This document shows, piece by piece, positions 21,894 through 32,971 of a DNA stretch of 64,000 nt. Origin of the DNA: an uncultured Planctomycetaceae bacterium. GTDB lineage: Bacteria > Planctomycetota > Planctomycetia > Isosphaerales > Isosphaeraceae. How positions within the stretch are numbered: the stretch's first letter is position 1; each line of letters starts with the position of its first letter. The DNA lies in NCBI GenBank assembly GCA_963833985.1, contig CAWIAD010000002.1:6336001-6400000 (forward strand). The letters are read 5' to 3'. The notes beneath the pieces were generated by a model that saw only the letters and a program-made list of their open reading frames with translations, ran no database searches and was not told the origin of the DNA. The translations under genes and the position numbers were made by a program.

Positions 21894-22103
21894 ATGACCG
21901 TCCCCAAGCGCACGGGGGGTGGGCTTAGCTCAGACCCCTCTTATCGATTCGTAGATTGCTTCGAGCGCGCACTCAAGGCCCTGCGGGCAGCGGCGGATGA
22001 GTGGGCGATCGGCGACCCAGAAAAGCCACCCACCGAGGAAGTGCTGTCGAAGTTGCTCGACATCTTCGAGAGGGAGAAGTTCCTTCGTCGTCCAATCGAC
22101 TGA
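21894..22103 (+). CDS. Small hypothetical protein
   Basis: Short ORF with protein-like composition directly after the REPIN. No family recognised. Confidence 0.3.
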   Translation: MTVPKRTGGGLSSDPSYRFVDCFERALKALRAAADEWAIGDPEKPPTEEVLSKLLDIFEREKFLRRPID

Positions 22104-22203
22104 GGTCCGTCAAGCTTGATCCAAGCATGAAGATTTCCGAGTCTCATTGGTCATCCATAAGTATACGTAACGACAAGAGACGCGTGCGAGCAAGGGAGCA
22201 ACC

Positions 22204-22787
22204 ATGCGACTGGCCCGCATGACCGTTCGCGGGATGATGATTTGGGCTCTCGCCACCGCTCTGTTATGCGCTGCATACCGAACGGCGAACGAAAAGCAAA
22301 CTCGTGGGAACAACACCGAGGCTCCAGGACATGATCTTGAAGCGGGTCGGGTTCGACCCGGAGAGGAACAGGCTTGGACGTCGATCGCCCGGATTTCGTG
22401 GCTGCCCCGTGGCTGGCCCTGACCCAGGCTGGCCGCCTTGGTGACCTGAGCGACGCGGACCTCTTGGAGCGATCGGCGGTTGAAGAGGAGAATCCCGAGG
22501 TCGCCGCGGCCGCCCTCTCCGCGCTCGTCCGCCGGCACGGCCCCATGGTCATGGGGGTTTGCCGGACGATCGTCCGCGATCACCACGACTCCGAGGACGC
22601 CTTCCAGGCCACGTTCCTGCTCCTGGTCCGGGATGCTCGGCGGCTCCGGGTCAGAGAAAGCCTGGGCCCCTGGCTTCACGAGGTCGCGGTGCGCGTCTGC
22701 CTGTCCGCCCGCCGGGCCCGGGCTCGACGAGACCGGCTGCAAATCGTGGCGGCATCTCGAACCGCTCTCGGAGTTTCTATCCAGTGA
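22204..22787 (+). pseudogene. Planctomycete-type TM leader followed by an ECF sigma region-2-only segment (one frameshift, or two fragments)
   Basis: GGAG RBS and MRLARMTVRGMMIWALATALLCAAYR. In the adjacent frame: LSDADLLER..LVRRHGPMVMGVCR..DSEDAFQATFLLL..LGPWLHEVAVRV. Stop before region 4. Confidence 0.6.
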
Positions 22788-23018
22788 ATCGGTGCGTCGT
22801 CGCTGCGCTGGACACACCCTACAATTGTAAGATGCGGCGCGGCTCTCGACCAGCTCGGCCTTCATGGTCCTGCGCGCCTGGGCCGCTCCGGAGGCAATGG
22901 CTCGCCGGATGCCGGGGCGACGTCCCGGCCCCGGCGCGGTTGACGCCTCGCGTCCGCAGGCCGTACGATGCGATCGCGGGCCGTGGGCGGAACGGGACGC
23001 GAAGGGGGAATCGTCAGC

Positions 23019-23884
23019 ATGCGCGGAGGGATCGCTGGGGCGGGTTCCTGGATGCTGGGCCTGGCTGCGGCTGTGGTCGTACCGGCATGCGATCGCGGTG
23101 CGCGCGAGACCGCAAAGGCGGGTGCGGATCAGGCGGCCGTGCGGAAGGCAGAAGTTGCCGCGGAGCCTCTGCGCATCGCCGCGGCCTCGGACCTCCAGCG
23201 CGTCTTGCCGCGGCTCATCGAACGGTTTCAGGAAGAGTCCGGCACGATCACCACACTCACCTTCGACGCATCGGGCCGGCTGGCCGAGCAGATCAAGGCG
23301 GGCGCTCCCTTTGATGTGTTCCTGTCCGCCAACGAGAAGTTCGTCCGGGACCTGGCCGACACCGGACTGATCCAGCCGCAGTCTGTCCGGCCTTATGCCC
23401 GCGGGTCGCTTGTGCTCTGCCTGCACCGGTCCGCCGGCAATGACGTGCGCGGGCTGAGTGACCTGGCGGTGCCGGAGATCAAGCGCATCGCCATCGCCAA
23501 CCCGGAATATGCACCGTACGGCGTGGCGGCGCGCAGGCGCTCGAGCACGCCGGGCTGTGGGCGAAGCTGGAACCGAAGATCGTCCGCGCCGCCTCGGTGC
23601 GCCAGGCGTTCCTTTACGTGCAGACAGGCGATGCCGAGGCCGCGCTGGTGAGCCACGCCCTGGCGGACGACCCGGCAGTGCGGCTCATCGAGATCGATCC
23701 GGCGGTCTACGCGCCCATCATCCAGGGGCTGGGGATCGTTGCGGCCACCAGGGCTGGTGACCGCGCGGCCGCGCTGGCCGAATTCGTGCTGGGCGAGGAG
23801 GGTCAGGCGATCCTGCGGAAGCACGGCTTCCTGAGCCCCGTCCCGCGAACTGAGCGCCTCTGGCAGTGCCGCCCGCAGCGGTGA
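23019..23884 (+). CDS. modA: Molybdate ABC transporter substrate-binding lipoprotein (frameshift near 23535)
   Basis: IAAASDL, SGRLAEQIKAGAPFDVFLSAN, IAIANPEYAPYG and SVRQAFLYVQTGDAEA. Confidence 0.92.
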
Positions 23885-23918
23885 ACCCACCACACATTGA
23901 GCGAACGAGCGCGCGCCT

Positions 23919-24585
23919 ATGGCCGATCTGGGCCCCCTCTGGCTTTCCGTGCAGGTGGCGAGCGCGGCGACCGCGCTGATCGTGCTCTGCGGCGTGCCGG
24001 TCGCGTTCCTGCTGGCGCGGTGGAGGTTCGTGGGCAAGGGCCTGGTCTCGGGGCTCTTGATCCTGCCGCTCGTGCTGCCGCCGACAGTGCTTGGCTACCT
24101 GTTGCTGCAACTCCTCGGCCGGCGCACCTGGCTGGGCGCCTGGCTCGAGGCCACCCTCGGAGTGAGCCTGGTCTTTCACTGGTCCGGTGCGGTGGTCGCG
24201 TCGGCCGTCACCGCGTTTCCGCTCTTTCTCTTGCCCAGCCGCGGCGCATTCGAGGGGGTCGACCCCGCGCTCGAGGATGCGGCGCGGCTGCTGGGCCGGG
24301 GCGAGTTGTCAGTCTTCCGGTCGGTCACCTTGCCGCTGGCGTGGCGCGGGCTGGCCGGTGGAACCGTGCTCGCCTTCGCGCGCTCGCTGGGCGATTTTGG
24401 CGCGACCATGATGGTGGCGGGAAACATTCCCGGGCTCACCCAGACCGCATCGCTGGCGATTTACGATGCCGTTCAGGCCGGCGATCCCGCGCGCGGCGCG
24501 GCTCTCCCTCTGGATATCGGTCGTCTCCATTGCCGCGCTCTGGCTGGTGCAGCGCACGCTGCCTCGGCCGGGAGCGGGACATTGA
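23919..24585 (+). CDS. modB: Molybdate ABC transporter permease (frameshift near 24505)
   Basis: LPLVLPPTVLGY, LEDAARLLG and FARSLGDFGAT. The true last TM helix LWISVVSIAALWLVQR..GH* lies in the shifted frame, ending at TGA 24583-24585. Confidence 0.9.
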
Positions 24586-25703
24586 GCGCGGCGGACTGCA
24601 CGCTCGAGGCCCGCCTCGTGAAGCGCATCCACGCCGGTTTGACGGTAGACGTTCGCCTGCTTCTGGGTGCCCGGGTGGGTGTGCTGTTCGGTCCGTCGGG
24701 ATCCGGGAAGACGTCGATCCTGCGGATGATCGCGGGGCTTTCCCATCCCGACGAAGGGTCCGTCCGGCTCGGCGCGACCACGCTCTTCGACGCCGTCTCC
24801 AGGATCGACGTGCCACTCCGCCGGCGGCGCATCGGCATGATTTTCCAGGACGACTTGCTCTTTCCTCACCTCAGCGTGCGGGACAACATCCGCTTCGGGC
24901 TCAAGGGATGGAGCAGAGTGAAGCAACAGGTGCGCCTCGCCGAGATCGCCAGCCTTTGCGGTGTGGAGCACTTGCTGGGCCGGCGGCCGATCACGCTTTC
25001 CGGGGGCGAGCGGCAGCGGGTGGGACTGGCGCGGTCGCTGCGCACCCGGCCGCGGCTCCTGCTCTGCGACGAGCCTGTCTCGGCGCTCGATCTACCCAAT
25101 CGCCAGAGCATGGTGGAGCGGCTGCGCGACGTTCAGGCCTCGGAGGGAATACCGGTACTCTATGTCACGCATAGTCCGGCAGAAGCGGTGACCATGGGAA
25201 CACATCTCTTCTTCCTCGAGGGAGGCAAGATCAGCGCCGAGGGCTCGCCGCTGGACGTGCTGGGCCGGCTCCACGGGCCTTCGTTCGGCCACCTCGAAGA
25301 CCTGCGCAATATCCTGCCGGCGCGCGTGCTGGAGGAGATGCCGGGAAAACTGGCGATGCGGCTGCAAGTTCAGAACGGCCCGCAGCTCATCGTTCCCCAC
25401 TTCGAAGCCCTGGCAGGCGCGCCCGTGTTCGTGATGGTGCGGGCCGAAGACATCATCCTGGCGCGGGGGCCGATCGCAGGCCTGAGCGCGCAGAACCTGG
25501 TCGCAGGAACGATCGAGCGCATCGTCGCCCACGGCCCCGACGCCGAGGCCGTCGTTCGTACCGGCGGCGTCACCTGGATCGCCAGCGTGGTCACGGGGAC
25601 GGTCGAGCAACTCGGGCTTCATCGAGGTCAAGAGATCTACATGGTCATCAAGGCGCGTAGCTGCCACGTCAGCCCCGGCTCGCCCGCTCGCCCGTCACGC
25701 TGA
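24582..25703 (+). CDS. modC: Molybdate ABC transporter ATP-binding protein with TOBE domains
   Basis: TTG start overlaps the modB stop. GPSGSGKT, LSGGERQR, LLLCDEP, LYVTH and C-terminal SAQN..IKA. Confidence 0.92.
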   Translation: MSAADCTLEARLVKRIHAGLTVDVRLLLGARVGVLFGPSGSGKTSILRMIAGLSHPDEGSVRLGATTLFDAVSRIDVPLRRRRIGMIFQDDLLFPHLSVRDNIRFGLKGWSRVKQQVRLAEIASLCGVEHLLGRRPITLSGGERQRVGLARSLRTRPRLLLCDEPVSALDLPNRQSMVERLRDVQASEGIPVLYVTHSPAEAVTMGTHLFFLEGGKISAEGSPLDVLGRLHGPSFGHLEDLRNILPARVLEEMPGKLAMRLQVQNGPQLIVPHFEALAGAPVFVMVRAEDIILARGPIAGLSAQNLVAGTIERIVAHGPDAEAVVRTGGVTWIASVVTGTVEQLGLHRGQEIYMVIKARSCHVSPGSPARPSR

Positions 25704-25738
25704 TTCGCCAGCAATCAGGCCGTACCCGAATTTCCTGC

Positions 25739-25792
25739 TTGACTTCTTCCGGCCGGCCATTACTATAAAACCAAATCTAAAGAACCAAATCT
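25739..25792 (+). promoter_or_regulatory. Sigma70-like promoter with downstream direct repeat (candidate operator)
   Basis: TTGACT-N16-TACTAT. AACCAAATCT occurs at 25769-25778 and 25783-25792. Confidence 0.55.
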
Positions 25793-25835
25793 CATGCCGG
25801 CTCCGCGGGGCCGGATGGCATGGAAAGGAGGACCG

Positions 25836-26225
25836 ATGGCACGACCTGCGGCGAAGGAATTGACGGAGCGTGAACTGGAGGTGATGCACGCGTTCTGGGG
25901 CCAGGGCGAGTCAACCGTGGCCGAGGTCCGCGACGCGCTGGCCGCCTCGGGGCTGGATCGCGCCTACACCACGGTGGCCACGCTGGTGCGGATCCTGGCC
26001 GATAAGGGTTTTCTGGTTCAAACCAACCGGGAACGTCCCTTCGCCTACCGACCCGCGCAATCGTATGAAGAGGTCTCGAAGAAACTGTTGCGCGACGTGA
26101 TCGACCGCGTGTTTCGCGGCTCGCGTGAGCTTTTGCTGGTTCGGTTGATGGAGCAGAAGGCGCTTTCCGTGAGGGAGCGCGCGGTGCTGGAAGACCTGCT
26201 GCGGAAAGGAGGGAAGACATCGTGA
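25836..26225 (+). CDS. BlaI/MecI/CopY family transcriptional repressor
   Basis: AAGGAGG RBS. LTERELEVMHAFW..AYTTVATLVRILADKG..VFRGS. Confidence 0.92.
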   Translation: MARPAAKELTERELEVMHAFWGQGESTVAEVRDALAASGLDRAYTTVATLVRILADKGFLVQTNRERPFAYRPAQSYEEVSKKLLRDVIDRVFRGSRELLLVRLMEQKALSVRERAVLEDLLRKGGKTS

Positions 26226-28972
26226 ACCTGCTGGTCGCAGTCTTCTGGGAGGCTCTCCTCCACTCGACCCTGTTTGCCTTGCCTGGCATCGTCGTCTACC
26301 TGGCATGGAGACGATGGAGCCCGGCGGCCGGCGCGCTGGCCGCGGCCTCGAGCCTGGTGGTCATGGCGCTCGTGGCCTTTTTATCGATCTCTCCCTGGCC
26401 TCGATGGGGAACCGCTCAGCCTATCGAGAGGGTGCGTCAAGCCGTCGCGAGCTTCAGTCCCGAGCGCCCGCCGGTAGCCACGAGCGATCAGCTCGCCGGG
26501 CAGACCACGGCTCCAGGCCCGGCTTCCGGTGCCAGGACGATGGCTCCGCAGCCACCAGCGCCGGAGCAGCCGACGATGTTCTTCCTGATGCTCCAGAGCC
26601 TGGCGCGTGAGTGGGGGCAGCCTGCCGCGATCGATCAGCATGATCCCTGGAGCTGGAGAAGCTGGCTGGCCGTGGTGATGCTGGGCTGCGCGGCCCTGGG
26701 GGCGATCCGGCTGGTCTCCGGACTGTGGGCCATCCGACGCCTGAGCTCTTCCAGCACGCCGCTGGACGATCCCGCGCTGGTCGATACCCTGGCCCTCATT
26801 TGTGCCGAGATGAGCTGCCGGCGGCCGGTCGAGCTGCGGACCGCGCCGGAGCTGGCGACCGCGGCCACGATCGGCTGGAGGCGGCCCTTGATCTTGCTGC
26901 CGGAGGACTGGCGCTCCTGGAACATGGACGAGCGCCGGGCGGTGCTCGCGCACGAGCTGGCGCACGTCTGCCGATGTGATTTCATGACGGGCCTGCTTGC
27001 CCAGCTCAGTCTGGCGTCGCTCTTTTATCATCCCCTGGCGCACTGGCTGGCCGCCCGGTTAAGGCTCGAGCAGGAGCTGGCCGCCGACGCCTGGTCGGCC
27101 CGGCTGGCCGGAGGGTCGATGCCCTACCTGACCACGCTGGCCCAGATGGCTCTGCGCCGCGACGACCGGGCACTGTCCTGGCCGGCACGGGCGTTTCTTC
27201 CGTCCCGAGGCACCTTCATCAGGAGAATCGAAATGCTCCGCCATTCCAGGTCTGTCCGCCACGTCTGGCTGTCGTCGCGCGTGCGGCTGCTCACGATCGG
27301 TCTGCTCGCGGGTATCGGAGTCGGGATTGCCGGCCTGCGTGGGCCGCTCGCAGCGCCGGAGGCACGAGCACAAACCACCTCGGAAAAGCAGACTCCTGCC
27401 GGAGCCGGTGCGCCGTCCGCGAGTCCCGCGATCGACCTGGCTTACCTGCCGTCCGAGACGAAGCTGTTTCTGGCGCTCCAGCCGGCCGATCTGCTGGGCA
27501 GGCCCGACATGCGGCCGATCCAGAAACTGCTCGCTGACAACGTGATGCTCGGCAGGGTGTTGCCCTTGCCGCTCGACGAGATCGACCAGCTCATCGTGTT
27601 CTGGGAGAGTTCTCCGCAGAACCAGGTGCCGCCAGGATCTCCCACCCTGGTTCCCCCGCCTTCGGGAATGATCGTGCATGCGGCACAGCCCCAGGACTGG
27701 AAAAAGATCGCAAGCCGCTTCATGCACTCGACGGAAGTGGTTCAGGTCGCGGGCCAGACTTTACTGCGGCCCGCGCGAGATCAGGCCGGCCCTTCTTCCA
27801 TGTCTCTCTACTCCCCCGACGACCGGACCGTGGTGCTGGCGGCGGAAGACCTGCTGCGCACGCTCATTGAAGACCGCAAGGAGCCAAAAGCTGCGCATCC
27901 CTGGGACGCCGTCTGGAACCAGGTGGACAAGGGCCAAATCAACTTTGCGCTGGACACGCGCTGGTTGCGGCGCCGGCTCAACCAGGGGGAAATCAAGCTC
28001 GACACCCTTGCACCCCTGCTGGAAAAAGCGCGGGCCTATGCTCTGGGCATCAGCCTGGATCGGGAGCTGAAGGTCGACGCCGCGGCCACGGTGAACGACG
28101 CGGAGGATCTCAGGCCCGTCGCCGACACCCTGCAAGCTCTCCTGACCATGGGCCGCAACGCGGTGCCATCCCTCAAGGAGCAGGCCGGTCACGCCGGGCA
28201 GTTCAGTGAGGCCGGCGACTGGGCGCTGGGAACGCTCGCCGCGCTGCTGAGCAAGACGCGCATCGAACCAACGGGGAAGACTGTGCGGGTGCAGGCGAGC
28301 GCGCCCGTCGATCTTGCCACGGCGGCCCGGCTCGTTGGCCTGGCCGGCGTCGCGGCCCAGAGCACTGCGAGCCACGTGCAGAGCCAGAACAACCTCAAGC
28401 AAATTGGCCTGGCCTTCCACAACTACGCGGACATCAACAAGCACTTCCCGCCGCCGGTGTTGTACGGCGGAAAGAGCGGCAAGGTGCCGTATAGCTGGCG
28501 GGTGGCGATCCTGCCGTACCTCGACCAATCGGACCTGTACAATGCCTACAACTTCGACGAGCCCTGGGACGGCCCCAGCAACAGCAAACTCATCGACCGG
28601 ATGCCTTCGACGTACGCTTATCCCGGAATGGGATCGACGAGCAAGACCCACGCCGCGTACTTCGTGTTCACTGGCCCGCAAACCCTGCTCGGCAAGGGAG
28701 ACAAACCTCTCATTAGCGATGTCACCGATGGACTGTCGCGGACACTCCTGGCGGTGGAGGCCAAGCGTGAGGTCCCCTGGACCAAGCCGGAAGATATCCC
28801 CTACGACGCAGCTTTGCCGTTGCCCCGGATCGGCGGTTTCGATCCCGAAGAAAGCTCCATTCTGTACGGTGACGGCTCGGTTCGGTCTGTCCATGGCACC
28901 ATCAAGGAGGCCGTTCTGCGTGCGCTGATCACCCGGGCGGGAGGAGAAGCCATCGGTACTGACATCCCCTGA
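26222..28972 (+). CDS. BlaR1-like M56 peptidase fused to a C-terminal DUF1559 domain
   Basis: HELAH Zn motif and EQELAAD. C-terminal SQNNLKQIGLAFHNY..SWRVAILPYLDQ..DVTDGLSRT..YGDGSV. Confidence 0.88.
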   Translation: MNLLVAVFWEALLHSTLFALPGIVVYLAWRRWSPAAGALAAASSLVVMALVAFLSISPWPRWGTAQPIERVRQAVASFSPERPPVATSDQLAGQTTAPGPASGARTMAPQPPAPEQPTMFFLMLQSLAREWGQPAAIDQHDPWSWRSWLAVVMLGCAALGAIRLVSGLWAIRRLSSSSTPLDDPALVDTLALICAEMSCRRPVELRTAPELATAATIGWRRPLILLPEDWRSWNMDERRAVLAHELAHVCRCDFMTGLLAQLSLASLFYHPLAHWLAARLRLEQELAADAWSARLAGGSMPYLTTLAQMALRRDDRALSWPARAFLPSRGTFIRRIEMLRHSRSVRHVWLSSRVRLLTIGLLAGIGVGIAGLRGPLAAPEARAQTTSEKQTPAGAGAPSASPAIDLAYLPSETKLFLALQPADLLGRPDMRPIQKLLADNVMLGRVLPLPLDEIDQLIVFWESSPQNQVPPGSPTLVPPPSGMIVHAAQPQDWKKIASRFMHSTEVVQVAGQTLLRPARDQAGPSSMSLYSPDDRTVVLAAEDLLRTLIEDRKEPKAAHPWDAVWNQVDKGQINFALDTRWLRRRLNQGEIKLDTLAPLLEKARAYALGISLDRELKVDAAATVNDAEDLRPVADTLQALLTMGRNAVPSLKEQAGHAGQFSEAGDWALGTLAALLSKTRIEPTGKTVRVQASAPVDLATAARLVGLAGVAAQSTASHVQSQNNLKQIGLAFHNYADINKHFPPPVLYGGKSGKVPYSWRVAILPYLDQSDLYNAYNFDEPWDGPSNSKLIDRMPSTYAYPGMGSTSKTHAAYFVFTGPQTLLGKGDKPLISDVTDGLSRTLLAVEAKREVPWTKPEDIPYDAALPLPRIGGFDPEESSILYGDGSVRSVHGTIKEAVLRALITRAGGEAIGTDIP

Positions 28973-29160
28973 GATTCGCCTTCCAGCATAGGTCTTCGCC
29001 GGATCGAGCCGGCTCCCTCGCAATGGTTGTGGGAGCCGGCTCGTCTTGCTATTGAAGCAGAAGGTGAGAAACGACTTGCTGCTGAAGCCGCCGTGCCAGG
29101 CTGGTATACTCGGGTGCGCGGGTCCAGTATGGGGGGAGGCCCTGCGCCGGGAGTTTGATC

Positions 29161-29802
29161 ATGAGCACCGTGACCCAGCCGGAAACGCAGCTTCCGGTTC
29201 AGCCGGAGTCGAGCAGGGCGCGGGCCGTCACGCCGGAGCGCTTGCTCAGAATGCCCGATGCGAAGCGTTACGAATGGCTCGATGGCGAGCTGGTGGAGCG
29301 ACACAGGTCCGTACTCTCCGGCGTCGTGGCCGCACGGATCAATCGCTTGCTGGGAAATCATGGCGAGCAGCACCGGCTGGGCTGGGTACTCGATTCCGAG
29401 GTCGGCTATCAGTGCTTTCCATGGAAGCCGGATCGCGTGCGCCGGGCGGATGTCTCATTCATCAGGGCGGAACGCTATCCCCTGGAGCGGCTTTCCCAGG
29501 AAGGCCATGCCACGATCCCGCCGGACCTGGCCGTGGAAGTGGTCTCACCTCGTGATCTCGCACGGGAGCTGGATGAGAAGCTCGAGGACTACTTGAGGGC
29601 CGGGATCAAGCTCATCTGGGTGGTCCATCCCGAGACGCGCACGGTTCAGGTTTACTCTCCCGACGGCACATCGCGCAGGCTGCGTGAAGCGGACGAGATG
29701 ACCGGCGACGATATTCTTCCCGGTTTCCGGACAACCGTTGCCGCGTTCTTTCCGGGCGTCGATCTGGCCGAAGAGAGCCCGGCGGCCTCGGTGGTATCGT
29801 AG
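29161..29802 (+). CDS. Uma2 (DUF820) family endonuclease-like protein
   Basis: YEWLDGELVE, RRADVSF, PPDLAVEVVSP, YLRAGIKLIWVVHP and LPGF. Confidence 0.9.
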   Translation: MSTVTQPETQLPVQPESSRARAVTPERLLRMPDAKRYEWLDGELVERHRSVLSGVVAARINRLLGNHGEQHRLGWVLDSEVGYQCFPWKPDRVRRADVSFIRAERYPLERLSQEGHATIPPDLAVEVVSPRDLARELDEKLEDYLRAGIKLIWVVHPETRTVQVYSPDGTSRRLREADEMTGDDILPGFRTTVAAFFPGVDLAEESPAASVVS

Positions 29803-29876
29803 GTTGCGTACGGTCCCCGGATCGCATCGAAGGCGTCACGGACCAAGGTTCATGGCAGGTCACGATCGAGTTTCCC

Positions 29877-31700
29877 ATGTCTCAGCCCGACCCCTCGCCT
29901 GACTCCTCGACCCGGAGCCGGAAGCCGGCTGGCAGTCCCTTGCCGGACAGCTTCGCCCCGGCGCGGAGATCGAGCGACGCGAGCAGCAGCAGGCTGGACA
30001 GTGAAACTCGCGATCTGCTGCACCGGCGTTTCCGGGCCGCCTCACTGATTCTTGCCATCGGCTTCGGCGTCTTCCTGCTGCGCGATCTTTACTTCGGCCA
30101 TGCTCCCCGGGCGGTCGGCTACCTGCACGGCCTGGTCTTCCTGCTTTTGCTCGGCAACGTGCTTGCGCTCTCCAGCCGCTGGACGCCCTCGATGCGGCAG
30201 TTGCGCGCGATGGAACTCTCCACGTTCGCAGTCGTCGCGGTCTTCTTCATGACCAGCGAGTCGCTGGGGTTTCAGGTGCGGCTGTCGCAGGCGCGGCTCG
30301 ACGTCAACGAGCTGCGCGTGCTCTTCAAGAGGAGCATCATCGGCACGCTCATTCTTGTTTTCACCTACGGCATCTTCATTCCGAACCACTGGAAGCGGGC
30401 GGCCTGCGTGATCGTGCCCATGACCCTGGCGCCCTGGCGGCGCCCCTGGTCATGAACATGACCTCCAGCGCGTTCCGGTCGATCTCCGAGGAGGCGCGCA
30501 CCCCCGAAAAACTGAGCGAAAACGCACTTTACCTCCTCATGGGCGCGGTGACGGCCATCTTCGGCACGCACACCATCAATACGATTCGCACGCGCGAGTT
30601 CCGGGCCAGGCGGCTGAACCAGTACCACCTTACCAGGAAGCTTGGATCCGGCGGCATGGGCGAGGTCTACCTGGCCGAGCACCAGCTTTTGAAACGCCCC
30701 TGCGCCGTCAAGCTCATCCGCTCCAGCCTGTCGCACAAGCCGCGCGTGCTGGCGCGGTTCGAGCTCGAAGTGCGGGCAACGGCCCAGCTCTCGCACTGGA
30801 ACACCGTCGAGGTCTTCGACTACGGCCGCACCGAGGACGGCACGTTCTATTACGTGATGGAATACCTCCCCGGCCTGAGCCTGCAAGAGCTGGTGGAGCG
30901 GCACGGGCCGCTGCCGGCGGGACGGGTCATCTACCTGATGTGCCAGGCCTGCGACGCGCCTGCGCGAGGCGCATCAGGCCGGGCTCATCCATCGCGATCT
31001 CAAGCCGCCGAACATCTTCGCGGCCTACCGGGGCGCACGCTTCGACGTCGCCAAGCTGCTCGATTTTGGGCTGGTCAAGCCCGTGCGGCAGGAGGAATCG
31101 CCGGTCGTCACCCGCGAGGGGACCGTGAGCGGCTCGCCGCTCTACATGGTGCCCGAGCAGATCATGAGGTCGCATCCGCCCGATGCGCGCACCGACATCT
31201 ACGCCATGGGAGCCATCCTTTACTTCCTTCTCACCGGCAAGCCGCCGTTCCCGGGCACGGATTCGATGGCCGTGATGGTGGCGCACGTGCGCGACCCGGT
31301 CGTTCCGCCTTCGCGTTTACAAGCCGGCCTGCCCGCCGACCTGGAGCTTGTGGCCCTGTGCTGCCTGGCAAAGAACCCGGCCGACCGCTACCAGGACGCC
31401 GAAAGCCTGGCCCGCGCGCTCTCCGCATGCGCCGATGCCGGAAGCTGGTCCGCCATCCAGGCGGAGACCTGGTGGAAAGAACATGAGCCCGCCGTGCTGT
31501 CCGGGCCCGGTGAAGCGCTCCCGGCGGAGCCCCACTCCACGCAGCTGATCGCTCCATCGGAGCTCACCCGTGCGGAATCCGAAGTGGCCACCTTCGCAGC
31601 CAGCGGGCTGGAAATGGCCAGTGAGGAAGGTAGCGGAGGAGGCCTGCAACTCTCGGTCTCGCTGGGCGACGAGGAGACGAGCCCGGAGCGGTCGTCTTGA
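29877..31700 (+). CDS. Ser/Thr protein kinase with N-terminal multi-TM sensor (frameshifts near 30440 and 30960)
   Basis: Several TM helices, then LGSGGMGEVY, AVKLIR, HRDLKPPN, LLDFGLVK and GSPLYM. Confidence 0.88.
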
Positions 31701-32814
31701 ACACAATCGCCCTCGAATCCGAGGCGTGGCTCGACACGCCGCTCTCGCTCGTCCTGCATCTGAACTTCGCCTTCGACATCGGCGATGAGATCGACCTGGA
31801 ACGCGCCCTGCGCTGCTCCAGGGCGAGCTCGGCCAGTTGCCCCGGCGGCGGCGGACGCCGGAGTCGATCGGCTACCGCCCTGCCCCCATCCGCGTTCCGG
31901 TCGACCCGTCCGGACTGGAACTGCCCGAAGGCCATCGTCCTGTGCAGAGCCCGCGGGCCGAGCTGACGCTCTTCGACTTCGGTGCCATCTCGCTGGCGGT
32001 TCGTTTCCCCCTGGAGGCCACGCCCCGGGCGCTCTTGCAACTGGCCGGTGCTTTGGCCGAGCCGGCGCCTTTGAACGACGCGGCTCGCCGGCTGATCGCC
32101 CCCTGGATCGAACGCCTCCATCCGGCCGTCTACGACTTCGCGCACAGCGACATGAGCGAGGAGTACATCCTCTTCCAGCTTGCCGGCCCACGGTTGCCCT
32201 GGCTGGAAGAGCACGGCGACTGGATCGCCGGCCTGGTCCGTCTGGAATCCGAGCCGCTCAGCCGCGACGAGGTGCGCGAGGCCACGAAGCTGGCGCTCGC
32301 CTACACGCCCAGCGACCTCGTGGTCCTGGACTGGGCCGCGGGGTTCATCGTCGATGCCGACTGTGCCGATACGCTTCAGGTCATCGAGTTCGCCAACGTG
32401 CAGTTGCTCGAGTTCCGGCACATCGACGACCGCCTCGACGACCGGCTGGAAGCGGCCTACCGACTCATTCGCCCCGAGCGCCGCAGACGCTGGGGTACAG
32501 GGCTCTGGGCCACCCACGGTGTCGCCGTGCGGCAGGTGCGCGAGCTCGAGATCGAGGCCGCCAGCCTCTTCGAGCGCGTGGACAATGCCCTCAAGCTCAT
32601 CGGCGACCACTATTTGTCGCGAATCTTTGACCTCGCATCGACGCGGTTCCATCTCCGCGGCTGGCAGCAATCGATCCGCCGCAAGCTCGAGACCGTCGGC
32701 GACGTCTACGACCTGCTCGTCCAGCAGTCCGGCGGCCAGCGCATGGAGGCCCTGGAGATCACCGTCGTGCTCCTGATCGCGCTGGAGATTGCCCTGGCGT
32801 TCTGGAGGCATTAA
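31697..32814 (+). CDS. Conserved RMD1/DUF155-like protein with C-terminal TM (frameshift near 31820)
   Basis: FAFDIGDEIDL, LFDFGAISL, VIEFANVQLLEFR..D and MEALEITVVLLIALEI. The family assignment is by recall. Confidence 0.6.
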
Positions 32815-32971
32815 CGAACCATTGAAGCCCACGCGAGTCTTGCTGGCCGTGCTCGAGCCAGCCAGGTAGCATGGATCCGACACATGCACCGAGCGCTTTC
32901 GCCCCTGGCGCCGGCCGGCACCGCGCCGGCCTTCCCCGCTGGGAGCCATCATTCCGTGATCAGGAGACCGC

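Noticed and set aside
23919..25703. Apparent ModB-ModC fusion (594-aa ORF)
   Set aside because: The real ModB last TM helix and stop lie in another frame, ending at 24585 and overlapping a TTG start for modC. The fusion results from an indel near 24505.
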